Notes under the pieces: model-generated
The model's input: the letters and a program-made list of their open reading frames with translations, nothing else
Database searches by the model: none
Told to the model about the DNA's origin: nothing
Made by a program: the position numbers and the translations under genes
Origin: Podarcis vaucheri
Lineage: Eukaryota
Reading direction: 5' to 3' (one strand)
Assembly: GCA_965113315.1 (NCBI GenBank)
Contig: OZ220371.1
Length of the DNA: 64,000 nucleotides
Shown: piece after piece, positions 12,010 through 24,151 of the stretch
How positions within the stretch are numbered: the first letter of the stretch is position 1
Layout: every line of letters begins with the position of its first letter

Positions 12010-12356
12010 GGGACACGGGTGGCGCTGTGGTTAAACCACGGAGCCTAGGGCTTGCCGATCAGAAGGTTGGCGGTTCGAATCCCCGCAACGGGGTGAGCTC
12101 CCATTGCTCGGTCCCTGCTCCTGCCAACCTAGCAGTTCAAAAGCACGTCAAAGTGCAAGTAGATAAATAGGTACCGCTCTGGCGGGAAGGTAAATGGCGT
12201 TTCCGTGCGTTGCTCTGGTTCATTAGAAGCAGCTTAGTCATGCTGGCCACATGACCCGGAAGCTGTACGCCAGCTCCCTCGGCCAGTAAAGCGAGATGAG
12301 CACAGCAACCCCAGAGCTGGCCATGACTGAACCAAATGGTCAGGGGTCCCTTTACC
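12010..12356 (+). mobile_element. Sauria (POM) SINE, full length
   Basis: A and B boxes (gtggcgctgtgg; ggttcgaatccc); TSD tagctaccatgaa / tagctgccaggaa. Confidence 0.95.
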
Positions 12357-14201
12357 TAGCTGCCAGGAAAGTGACAGTGGGAAAAGGAAGTATCTGTGGG
12401 ATTGAGTGTGGGTATGTATGAACATTTTTAAGGACTGTATGAAATGTATGTTTGTAATCTTAAAAAAAAGAAAGAAAGTGACAGCCAGTCATGCCTCTTC
12501 CCAGCACTGCTACCCATCCACACACCTGCTTCTTCACACAGCAGAGGCATCACAGAGATTCGCCATAACTTTCCTATTCCTGCTGTCAGTTCAAACTGAG
12601 GAAACAGCAATGCTGGCATTTCTGAGGAGGGTGGAAGGAGACTCTCCATGACTGGCAGGTCCATTTTATATATATTTAAAAAATGTTGATGCTTAATTTT
12701 AAAAAATCATTTTAATTCCAGTATAACCTTTTGTTGACTTGGGATCCTTGCACCTAGTTCTGTCTCGGCTGCTTGACAGGCGCAGAAACTTGCAGGACAG
12801 GATGGATCATTTAAAAAAAAACACATTTCACATGCAATGCATTTTATACCCTGCAATTTAAACCAAACTGAACAATTATATCAGTTTTGCAAGTCTCAGC
12901 TCTGTGCCACCGTGGCCACCTGCTATTCTGAGCCTACGGTAGTTTTCCACCCTCATTTATTTGATGAATGCCGTATTTAAGAATTTAAGGCCTTGTTAAC
13001 CTTTCACAAGTTTGTCTTTCCACAATAAAAGACGTCTTAAAAACCAAACTGGCTTTGTCTGCAACTGGAACAAGGGGATGCTGTGCCCTGGCTGGGACAG
13101 AAGCAGTCCATTCACATATTTCCTGTCTGATTTATTCCAGTTTTTAAATACCTCTTAAATAACCCTCCTGATTTTCTTCTATGCTCACCTTGGGACAGTT
13201 TGCTTAGTCTGAAATTGAATAAAGGAAAACAAAAGCAAGCTGAACTCCATTAAGAAAGGAACTCCAGTAAACCTCATCAGGGAATGAGTATTTCACTTGC
13301 GAGCCACCAGTCTTTTGACAGCCTCTCCACACCAGGGACTGTTTAGCACTCCAAAGGCTGAGTGCATCTTCTATTTCCCAATAGCAATCCAAACAAAAGT
13401 GTATTAGTTAGAGATGGAAAAGGCTTATTAGACTGGTTGAGTTCATCCTTTTGCAGTAGCCCACAGAGGAATGTATCTAATATTAGACTGATATTTCAGA
13501 TGATGATAGCAAAGAGGACAGGTAGCCCAAAACTACGTGTGAAGACAGGGAAATTAAGGCTTTGGAAGTGGATGTAGATGAAGCCCATATTGAAGTGGGA
13601 TAGGAAGGGAAAGCTTTTATTTCTCAGGTGCAGGAAAGTATTTGTTCACTCAAGTTATACTGCCTACCAAGCAAAAAAGACACACATATATAATCTATAA
13701 CTAAGACTTCTGTTCACTCCAGTAGTGCAATTCAGTTGTGACATCTCCAGGGTCTACACTTCCCAAGGAAAAACTCCTTACATTTATACCCCATGTACCC
13801 ATCCAACAAAAGTAAGACCGAGTTTGTGGGAGTTAAACTGTTTAGCAACCGAATATCATATAATCTGGAACTATCGAGTTATCATAACTTTCCGAAACCG
13901 CAGTCAGAGATTTGGCTACAAATGTGAAAAAGGGGGAAATGTGACCAACTCGGGCTCCACGATACACAGAGATACATGCTGGGAGAATTCATATTCAGCA
14001 CATGCCATATTGTAACAGCTTGCTTTAAATTCGGGGTGAGGAACCTGCTTCCAGGGGCCACAAGCGGCCATTAGGCTAATTTTATGTGCCCCTCTGCAAA
14101 TGATCAATTCAGATCTGTGTTAATGGAAGAGGGAAATGGGGGAGGGAGTTGAAACAGATGGAGATATGGAGGGGAGGAAGAAGAACAAAGAAAGAAGTAG
14201 C

Positions 14202-14238
14202 GTGGTACCTCGGGTTAAGTACTTAATTCATTCCGGAG
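14202..14238 (-). mobile_element. Solo terminal fragment of the ~240-bp MITE
   Basis: gtggtacctcgggttaagtacttaattcattccggagg. Confidence 0.8.
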
Positions 14239-14356
14239 GTTCCTGCAGGTTCACAGCAATCCAGAGATTGAGTGAGATGAAGGAGTTTATTATTAAATAA
14301 TTAAATAATTATTATTCTTTAATAAAATTATTAAATAATGTTTGTATGTCAATCTA

Positions 14357-14596
14357 CAGTGGTACCTCGGGTTAAGAACTTACTGTAATTCATTCTGGAG
14401 GTCTGTTCTTAACCTGAAACTCTTTCTTAACCTGAGGTACCACTTCAGCTAATGGGGCCTCCTGCTGCTGCCGCGCCGCTGGAGCACGATTTCTGTTCTC
14501 ATCCTGAAGCAAAGTTCTTAACCCGAGGTAATATTTCTGGGTTAGCGGAGTCTATGCGTATGTAACCTGAAGCGTATGTAACCTGAGGTACCACTG
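14357..14596 (-). mobile_element. Tc1/mariner MITE, ~240-bp family
   Basis: TIRs cagtggtacctc...gaggtaccactg; TA TSD. Confidence 0.92.
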
Positions 14597-15948
14597 TATG
14601 GGGTTATGTAATCCTGCATACTCCACCCATTTCTTTCTCTTGCACCACCAACTTTTGGTTCTGATTCTGCCCGCGTTTGACTCCTCAGACTTAATTTGTT
14701 CTGTGGCAATCTACTATATAATGTTGAATGTTGTCTGTTTACTGTGCTTCTGGACACTTCTTAAGATATTGTAACTTTGCAGGTTGGTTCCTGTGATCAA
14801 GAAGCAGTTGTCTGTTTAAGACTGAACGCAGTTGGATGCCATTTTGAATCAAGATGGCGAGCGTGACCTTTCAAAACAGCACTGGTTTTTCAGTTTTTTA
14901 AGAATTCCGGAGAATTGCTGGGTATGAGGCTGCTGGTTTATTAGAAATGGCAATTAATACAAACAGAGTTGCTAAGCATGCTAAATTATACCCCCTCTTT
15001 CTTGCCTAGCCTTCTTTCTCCCTGCTCAGAGGTCCCAGTAAGCAAGGGGAGGGAAATGAAACATAGGACCATCTTATACAGAGTCAGATCATTGGCCCAA
15101 CTAGCTCAGTATAGTTTTCTCTGGCTGACAGAAGCTCCTTAGAGTTTCAACAGGAGCAAATAAGGTAAATTCATTGTCCATGGGTCTACTAATGTATTGT
15201 TTTTATGCATTTTATTTCATAAAATTTATATACAGCTTGATTGCAGAAAGCCTTGAAACTTATCAGCACTGGGCCATAGGAAGCTGAATCTCAGAAGGAC
15301 TGAGAGAGGAGCTAGATAAAGTAGTTGCAGGCATAACATCAAACCCCAATTTGCAGCATGACCCATGTTTCTTATTAGCTTAGTGGTGTGCTACGCATTC
15401 TTGGTACAATTTTCTATATTCCCTGTAGCATGCAGAGCAGAGAGTGCAACTCAGAAGGTGGGAAATGACCAGGGATTTCTTTCCATTCACATTTTTATGC
15501 AAACACTCCTCAATTGCACTTCAGGAACCAATCCGAAACACAGCCTCCTTTCAAAATTCGTACTTGTCTGAATTTTGCAATGCAAGTCACCCAACCCCAA
15601 AATGCATCAATGTGCGCAGAAATGTGTATATTGTTGAAAGTGAGGTGCAAAAATGTCATTAAGTTATTGCAAATTTTAACAATCGAGACAGAATGCTTAA
15701 TGTAAGGTAAAAGAGGTTAGATTTCTATCAAACCAGTGACCACAAATTATTAGGACTTGTACCTGCCTGCAAAGGTCTTTGCAAAATCAGAGGGTGTAAT
15801 TACCCCTTTTTCTTAATATAAACAATGAAGCGGTACCAGGTAATGGAGAAAGATTTCCACATTTTGACTCCTCTGGCCTGTCTATTGCACACCGTCGGTG
15901 TCTCCACCACAACTAATCCCCAGATTCTGCTCCCCCAACCCTTAAGAG

Positions 15949-16084
15949 CAGGCATAGGCAAACTCCGGCCCTCCAGATGTTTGGGACTACAATTCCCATC
16001 ATCCCTGACCACTGGTCCTGTTAGCTAGGGATGGTGGGAATTGTAGTCCCAAACATCTGGAGGGCCGGGGTTTGCCTATGCCTG
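15949..16084. mobile_element. Palindromic hAT MITE
   Basis: Near-perfect fold-back; TIR caggcataggcaaac; perfect 8-bp TSD cttaagag (15941-15948, 16085-16092). Confidence 0.95.
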
Positions 16085-17356
16085 CTTAAGAGCACAATGC
16101 ATGTGGCATCTCCAGTGCTGAGTAACTCCCGTATGTGCAGCTGCAAGTAAGAAAATGATTATCTCTTTATATAACTCATTCTGCACTGGGTCAGGAAATT
16201 TTGACAATAGCGTTAGTCCAGGGTCCACAAGAATCAGTTGTTGCACTATAACGGAGACATCTCTGCTTCACCTCCTTGACATCCATGTGAATGGAAGGAG
16301 TTTTCGTAATAACTAACCGTGTGTAAACAAAATCCAAACTGCATCCCTAAACTATATCTAGTTCAATATTTGGGAGAGGAAAATGAGAGTGAAATTATCT
16401 TTCCTGCACTGCTCACATTAGACCAAATAGGAAAGCATATTGCAAGCTATAGATGGAGACACTCTGAAAGAGAGACCGAGAGAGATCAGGATAGACTGGC
16501 TGTTGACCAGGAACTGAGCATCTGCTGCTACTATTATCTGTGTTCATTTGCAGTCTACATTTTTAATGCTTATCAATTTTTTAACTTTATTCCCGTCCCT
16601 TTTTTCCTGCCTGCTGTTGTAAGCTTCATAAAAGATGGAAGAGCTGGAGAGGATTAATATTCTTTGAATTACATTCGGCAGCGGAGTCACGGCTGTGTCA
16701 GTTTCTCAAATCTAGCAAGATATTTACCTTCCTCACACTATTTTTCCTCTCCCCACTGCTCGAAGTCTTGCATGTAGACACTGTGTTGAATATTTAACGT
16801 GAAGAATTTTCTGATAACTCAAACATCATTATGCTTCTCTGAGCCACACACTACATGACATTTGAGTTCTTGCTTTAATTTACATCCTTTTCCCCAGGAT
16901 TTCTGGAGTTTTATTGAAGGGAAACCTTTCATGCCCTGCAACACAATACCTGGGTGATTGCATCAACTACTCTAGCCCATATCAGACTGATGAAAACTCC
17001 GGTTTCTATCCTGTTTTGTGTGTGCATGGGCGTGTTTTGATAGAGCAGCAGGGAGATGGTTTTTTTTATACATGAAGGTTGGTAGTCGCTGACTTTTTTA
17101 GACTGAGCACAGTGATTGCAGCACCAGCATATTTTAAAAGATGGAAATTATTTAGAGCCTAACGACTACACATAACTTTTAATGTGTTGCTTGAAGCAAT
17201 GGTTGGGGTGTTTTAAAAAATGCACAGAGCGCATCCCTGAGTCAGATCGGAACAACAATGCATGGAGGCAGGATATTTATAAACCTTCCCTTAATTTGGG
17301 AGTGCCAGGAACATGAACGAAAATACAGGAAGCTGTCTTAAATTAAGTCAGATCAT

Positions 17357-17920
17357 TGTAGTGAGTGTTCACCTTGTAGTGAGTCTGGTCTGTCTCTTAA
17401 GAGACACGCCGGATCTGTAACAAATACTCCCCTCTTCTTCCTGGCTGTGGCTCCCTCCATAGTACAGTGGGAACAGGCTAGAACCTATGTAGCAAGTCCT
17501 GTTTGCTTTGCTGAGCTGCTGCTCACAAATAAATACAGCTGTCGATGTTTTCCTGACTCCTGCTGCTTCCTGGTATTAGAAGAGAAGAAGAAGAGTTTGG
17601 ATTTGATATCCTGCTTTATCACTACCCGAAGGAGTCTCAAAGCGGCTAACATTCTCCTTTCCTTTCCTCCCTCACAACAAACACCCTGTGAGGTGAGTGA
17701 GGCTAAGAGACTTCAAGAAGTGTGACTGGCCCAAGGTCACCCAGCAGCTGCATATGGAGGAGCGGGGAAGCGAACCCAGTTCACCAGATTACGAGTCTAC
17801 TGCTCTTAACCACTACACCACACTGGCTCTCTATTAAGGTGGTCTACCTCTATCAAGGTAGACACACTGCAAGGTTTGTTCACACAGTGCGTACCTTCCC
17901 TAAGCCCAAGGAATACTACA
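17357..17920 (+). mobile_element. Probable solo LTR interrupted by a Squam3 SINE
   Basis: tgtagtga...atactaca inverted TG..CA termini; internal AATAAA near 17548; splits an older SINE (17327-17356 and 17921-18070); no clean TSD. Confidence 0.5.
17579..17831 (-). mobile_element. Squam3-type tRNA-derived SINE
   Basis: Minus strand starts gagagccagtgtggtgtagtggttaagagc and ends gatatcaaatccaaactcttcttcttct; flanked by tatta. Confidence 0.88.
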
Positions 17921-18154
17921 CACCAAGCTCAGTATCATGTATGCACACTGGCAGTGGCTTCCATGGTTTCGGGCAGGGGACATTTACAGCACTACCTGGA
18001 GATGATGAAGAGTGAACCTGGGACTTTTTGCCTGAAAAGTAGTTGCTCTGCCACTGAGCTACAGCCCTTCTGCATCGTAATGCTTAATAGATTGCTGCCT
18101 GATCCCTTTAACATCCCATTGGAACATAGGAAGCTGCCCTTGATTCATCTAGCT

Positions 18155-18282
18155 CAGGGTTTCCCAAACTTGGGGCTCCAGCTGTTTTTGGATGACAATT
18201 CCCATCATTCCTAGCTAGCTAGCCAGGGATGATGGGAAACGTAGTCTATAAACAGCTGGACACCCAGGTATGGGAAATCCTG
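18155..18282. mobile_element. Palindromic hAT MITE
   Basis: TIR cagggtttccca...tgggaaatcctg; TSD atctagct / atcgagct. Confidence 0.88.
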
Positions 18283-18359
18283 ATCGAGCTCATTGTTTGT
18301 GAAGCTGGGAAGTGTTATTTGGGTGTGGTAAAGATGTGGTAGGACATTTTTGTACAGTT

Positions 18360-18883
18360 GTATCCTACCATCCAGGAGAAGGAAAACTCTGACCCTAAAC
18401 ATCTGCTGCTTTGCAAGATATCTTCAGGAGAAAAAAAAGCTAAGGAGTAAACCCTACACAAACCCAGAGCCGAGTCCCTAAGTCAGTGAGATTGCACCTT
18501 GTATGCCTCTTTCTGGCAACTCCTGCAGCCAAGTTGGTGCCAAACGTATTGCCATAGCTGTTAACCTTCCCTTTTTTTGCCGGAAATTCCCTTATTCCAA
18601 CGCTGTTTCCCGCTGCTTCCCACTGCTATCCTGGATTGTTAGATATCCCGTAGACTGTCCCTGGGACAGGTGAGGCTGCTGATCCCTTTTTTTCAAATCT
18701 GAAAGTTGACAGCTATGCGTATTGCTCTGCTTTCCTTTGGACCATATCAGCCAGGCTGATATGCACGCTGCCCAGGTTTGCGCCCTGGGGAGATCACATC
18801 AGTGCTGCTAATGCAGCAGTTTGACCTCACCCCTGGGTGCACTCCATAGTCTCTCAAGACTGATGGATGCCAACAACAACAAC
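18360..18883 (+). mobile_element. RTE-derived non-autonomous retroelement (RTE 5'UTR-like part joined to an RTE 3' end), interrupted by a MITE
   Basis: ggagaaggaaaactctgaccctaaac...ggcaactcctgc resembles RTE 5'UTRs; ends gtctctcaagactgatggatgcc(aac)n; no ORF; left boundary approximate. Confidence 0.6.
18553..18717. mobile_element. hAT MITE
   Basis: TIR catagctgttaac / gttgacagctatg; perfect 8-bp TSD cgtattgc. Confidence 0.92.
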
Positions 18884-18924
18884 ATCCTACTTTAGATACT
18901 TGGAGTACATGGCTCTCTCCCAAC

Positions 18925-19068
18925 TTTAATCTCACAGCAACCCTGTGAGGCAAGCTAGACAAAGATAACCGACCTAAGGTGACCTAGTGAGCTTCATGGC
19001 AGAGTGCAGCTGCAAACCCTGGTCTCACAGATACTACTAGTCCAACACTCTAACCATTACACCACACG
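18925..19068 (-). mobile_element. Old MIR/Squam3-like SINE
   Basis: ctcacagcaaccctgtgagg...cctaaggtgacc...ctctaaccattacaccacac. Confidence 0.7.
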
Positions 19069-20709
19069 GATTCTTCAAGAGCAGGACACTGGTCTCAGAA
19101 TATTAGTGCCTTTCCCAAAAGAATTAAGAATTAGTATCCTTCTGATGTCCTTAAAGATTCCAATTATTTTAGCTCTGTAATTAAAGTGTAGACAATGTTT
19201 GCTTACCTTCTATGTATTATGTCTCATGTAACTAGGAACATTTTCCTATGAGTATTGTAAAAAAAATAAAAAATGCAACCATTGTAAGATTAAATCAAGA
19301 ATGCAGATATAAAATGGCTACTTATCTATTTTTGTAAGTAATTAAAATATAACTATATCTGATGCTGTTTAAAAAATTCCCATTTACTTTTAACAGCATT
19401 AGCGAAAGTACATTCTTCATAGTTCGTCGTCGTCCCCCCCCAAGCATCCTAATTGATTGGGTAATTTAAAAGTAGGCAGAATAGTAGTAATCAAGAAGTA
19501 ATCATGCATTTCCATGTTAATATAGATGCTCTGTTTTCCAGCTTTCATTTGCTCTGTGCCTATTCATTTTCTCTCTTTTGCCACTCAGAGTTACAATGAT
19601 CTAGCTAGAATGGTGCTACAGAAGATGCGAAAACCTTTCCAATACATTCCCCGTGAGGGAGGGTGTGAGCCAGCAGTCAGCTCTCCTGGGACATCAGTGC
19701 TGGATGGCTGTGCAATTTTAACTTTGGATTCCGATCTATTTTTAATTGCTTTGGTGCCTTTAAAACTGTTTTGCATCTGCTATTTTAATATCTTTATTGC
19801 AGCACGCTAAGGGGTTTGGCGATAGCAAGCAGGAAGCCTCTGGCAGCAATTGGCTTGCGCTGCTTAACAATCAGAGGAGATGGGCTCAAGCTGCCATTTG
19901 TTGCTTCCGTAATTCTAGAGATGTAACTCTAGAGTAATCTAGAGATGGGCTGCGCAGGTGAAGATCCTAAGAAGTAGTGGCCTAAGGTGACCATGTGTCC
20001 TCCTTAATCGAGAACAGCCTGTGTTCAAAGGACTGTTAGTGGTCTAGTTGAAGCAATCCACTATTAAAGAGCTGTCTGGACCACACAAGGACGGTGCCTA
20101 AACATTACTGCAGAAGAGGATAAGAACTTGCCGTGCAGATGCCATTTTAAGATGCCATAGCAAATTGGATTTCATAAACAGATACACTTTTCAAGTTGCT
20201 ACTATTTTGGTATGGGGATTCTTGCAAAGAATCGCCAATCTTGATTCTGTAGCATCAGCATGAAAGAAAACTACAGAGAAAAGATTTCTGGCTTTCATTC
20301 TCTCTTTGAAGTGATATGCGCACTGAGTTTAATTGGAGTCAGTAACTTTCGGTGACTGATAGCAATGGAAGTTGCTGAGAGAACACATATTATAAAGCCA
20401 GATCCACAACCCCGGCTATTGTTTAGGAATATATATGTGTTTCACTGTTGCAAACAAATCTATCCATGATATCGGATCTGCTGCCACGATATATATCTTA
20501 GCCTAAAAGCTGATTCTGAACAGTCCAGTGCTGAAGGAGGACTTTGCAAACCAGCATGGGCTAAGTTCAGATGTTAATACCGTGGCTGGTGTTACGGGTC
20601 ATTCTTTTCCATGAGGTGGATCAAAGTGGATTTGGGGGCAAACCCATCAAAATGCAGCATTTTATAAGAAATAACAGGATAGATACAAGATAGCTAATGT
20701 CATATCTAT

Positions 20710-21060
20710 AAAGGTAAAGGGACCCCTGACCGTTAGGTCCAGTCGTGGCCGACTCTGGGGTTGCGGCGCTCATCTCGCTTTATTGGCCAAGGGAGCCGGC
20801 GTACAGCTTCTGGGTCATGTGGCCGGCATGACTAAGCCACTTCTGGTGAACCAGAGCAGCACACGGAAACGCTGTTTACCTTCCCACCGGAGTGGTACCT
20901 ATTTATCTACTTGCACTTTGACATGCTTTCGAACTGCTAGGTTGGCAGGAGCAGGGACTGAGCAACGGGAGCTCACCCCGTTGCAGGGATTCGAACCGCC
21001 AACCTTCTGATCGACAAGTCCTAGGCTCTGTGGTTTAGACCACAGCGCCACCCGTGTCCC
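20710..21060 (-). mobile_element. Sauria (POM) SINE, full length
   Basis: Reverse complement of the 12010-type copy with aaaggt tail. Confidence 0.95.
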
Positions 21061-21221
21061 ATACTGCTTCCCAAACCAGTGGTGAGAGTGCAGTGAATAC
21101 AGAGTAAATGTGTGTGTACATAGCCCATGTTATTGGGAATGAGCTTGTTCCTCTCTCCTCCTCTTGCATGGCCATGAGGAGACTGGAAACATTAGCTTCC
21201 TGGTTTAAATTAGCTATCATT

Positions 21222-21335
21222 CTGAACTAGCAACTGCAGTTAGTTTAAGCTGTGGTTTATTTATACAAACCAGGATCTTGGTGGTTTCTTTCAATAAACC
21301 ATAGCTTAAACTTACTGCGGTACGGTCAGGTTCAG
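21222..21335. repeat. ~115-bp hairpin, probable palindromic MITE remnant
   Basis: gcagttagtttaagctgtggtttatt pairs with aataaaccatagcttaaacttactgc; inner aaacca/tggttt stem. Confidence 0.75.
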
Positions 21336-22517
21336 TAGGAATGAACAGTGGCTAGTTAGCAAATGCTTCTTGCTGTCAACATGGAAGGTTGTTGGAACTT
21401 ACTTCCACCTTTGGTGGAAGTGTGATAAGGTTAAGCAGTTCTTCTCCATTATATTTCAGGAAATTGATACCATTGCTGGTCAGTCTTCATACAACACTGA
21501 CCCCACAGCTTGCACTATGAGGTTATATGAAGGAACAGAAGAAAATCTTAATAATAAAGAATCAACCGTCCATTTACTTACGATAGCCTGGTTTTGCAGA
21601 TACCTTGCTAGTGCTTATTTTTACATACTAGTGTTCTATATTTTGGGAAATGGCACTTCTAGAAAAAGCCAACGTATAAGCTAAGGGTCTCAATGGGTCA
21701 AATTAAAAGAGAGATCTTTTTCCATTTGATACAATTTGATTATGTTTGTCAACAATGAGGAGCGTGGTCAATTGTTACTGAGGGCTTTCTAAAGGTTTTG
21801 GTTGATATAACAACTCCTATTTTCTATGTCTCTCTCCCTTGAATATGTGAGGGTTAGTCATATATTTTATTGTTTACATGGTGAGATTAATATAAATAAA
21901 TTTGATTATTATATGCCCCCACCTTTTTCCTATAAGTACGTTCATATTGTTTCTACATCTCTGGACTGATCTTTTTTTGCATTCGGATGTTTATTTATTG
22001 CTTTCTAGCCCCTCTGTTGTAAAAGGTTTTGTCTGATATACTGTATTGCACTGTGTAATACCAATACAATCTTTTTCATTTCTTTTTCATTTCTCTTGTT
22101 TAAACAGAAATCTTTTTAAAAAGAAAGGAAGTTCCATATTCAAATCTCACCTCAACCAGGAAATCGTTACTGCATAGCAACTCGTGTCTCCTTCCCCCCC
22201 ACCCCATACCTCTAAAATAGCAGGATGCTGCTCCACAGAAACTTGAAAAAGGGTGTTCAGCATGGCTGCCTCTTGTTTTATGGAACAGCATCCCTGTTGA
22301 GATATGACAGGTGCTCATTATTTGCACTTTCTGGAAACAATTGAATACATTCTTGTTTTGACAGGCTCTTCCAGCATGATGAAAAGGTCTCTACTATAGA
22401 AGTTTATTTTTGCACTGTTGTTCTTTTTTGTACTGTTTTAAAAACTAATTTTAGTTACTTTGAGGTATGTTTGTAAATTGCCCAGAGATTCATTTAAAAG
22501 ATGATTCGGAAAATATT

Positions 22518-22541
22518 ATTAATTAATTAATTAATTAATTA
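22518..22541. repeat. (TTAA)n microsatellite
   Basis: attaattaattaattaattaatta. Confidence 0.85.
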
Positions 22542-22681
22542 AACTTAATAGTTCCTTTTTTCACAAAAGCAACTCAAAGCAACTAAACAGCAATAAATAA
22601 GCAACATACATTAAAACCAACCAAGAAAAATCTAAAACTAAAACATTATTATTACCATGGCACACCACCCCAATCTCAGAG

Positions 22682-23199
22682 TGATGTGAAACTCCAGGGA
22701 AGTTTCAGAAGTTTACCTCAGGATTCATGTTTCCTTTTGGGAATAAGACACAATGGAGACTGAGGTATCATTATGATATATGGTTTGTTTACACATATAT
22801 ACAACCTGAACCCACGATGGAGGGGTTCACAGGAACAACACCCTAAAAGGGTCTTGTTTCTCCCATAGCCACAGCCTTTGATTCAAACAGAAATCAAATG
22901 TTGCTCTCAGGTGTTCCCCTGACTCTCTCTCCAGCTTGCTGCTTTGCTTCTAAGTCACATCACTGCTTCTTCTCCAAGTCTAAACTCTGATTTTTGTCTG
23001 TCTCGCTATATGTGAGTTGAGGGAGGAGCCCCAGCCATTTGCAGTCTCCGACAGAGCCCTTCCTTTGTGCTCCTTACATCTCATCAGGAGGCTAGCCTGA
23101 CTGTTCCAAAAATTAGAAGCCTTGATTAGATTTTAACACTTACTGGATCCAGGGATTAGAGGGGTCTGGCACCCAGGTTAACACCCCAAACTCACAACA
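22682..23199 (-). mobile_element. Probable solo LTR
   Basis: tgatgtga...tcacaaca inverted termini (7/8); ~520 bp; no matching TSD seen. Confidence 0.5.
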
Positions 23200-23982
23200 T
23201 TACTGCTGCTGCTACTATATAACAGTGATCTATGCAGAGGACAAGGTAGCACTCCCCTGGGATAGGTAGGACATATTATATAAATGCTACTAATTATATT
23301 TGGCCATTTAAACATAAAATGTGTGTGCCCTCTGGCATGCTGGGAGCCGTGTCAGCCTGTCCTCCCTCTCACCAAGTGATTTCTGTTGCATGGCAACATG
23401 TTCTTAGGTCCCCTGGGCCCACAGTAAAATAACAGTGCCCCTTAACTCCCAACAGAAGGAAAAAGGGATATTCTTCTGACTCTATGCTCTTCTACATAGA
23501 TGTAGATGTACATGTTTTCATGAATAAATACATGGCACTGACTGAAACACAGAGAAGGGAGCTGCTATTTCTGTCAAAGTTCCGCTACCCTAGAAAAATA
23601 CGAACTGCTTTTGTATGTGTTACCGAGAGCTCAGTCTACACATTATGTGGACGTGTGAAATCTCTGCAATTTGGGCAACAGTTCAAAATGAGTCTCATCA
23701 TCACCGGGACACAGCATAGTGCCTTGAGGTTCGCATGGATGCATCTCCAGGCATGTGCATTGGAGACAAGATGCCTGCACTCCTCGGACACTCCTCAACC
23801 AGTAATTTGGATTAGAGATGCACTGGGGAGGAGTGTGAATTCTAATAGTTCATATAAACAAAGCAAGTTCATGTCAATTATTTACCAGAGCCAGGTACCC
23901 ACTTCACCGTCACCCCACATCAAGGCTGTCCTTCAAAAATAAGGTCACTTGGAGTCTCACTATGGGCTTCCTTCTACAACTA

Positions 23983-24151
23983 GAGTCAGACCATTGGTCC
24001 ATCTACCCCAGTATGGTCTACATACTGACCGGCAGTGGCTCTCTAGGTTTCAGACGGGGCTCTCTTCCAGCCCAACCTAGAGATTCAGGGGACTGAATAT
24101 GGTATCTTCTGCATGCAAAGCAGATGCTCAACCGATGAGATAGACCCTTCC
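23983..24151 (-). mobile_element. tRNA-headed squamate SINE with CR1-like tail
   Basis: gagtcagaccattggtccatcta...ttctgcatgcaaagcagatgctc; several paralogues in the window. Confidence 0.7.

Noticed and set aside
12010-12090. tRNA gene suggested by A and B boxes (also 58621, 17831)
   Set aside because: These are tRNA-derived SINE heads continuing into SINE bodies with TSDs
23484-23942. 152-aa ORF
   Set aside because: No recognisable domain or flanking splice signals; length is compatible with chance
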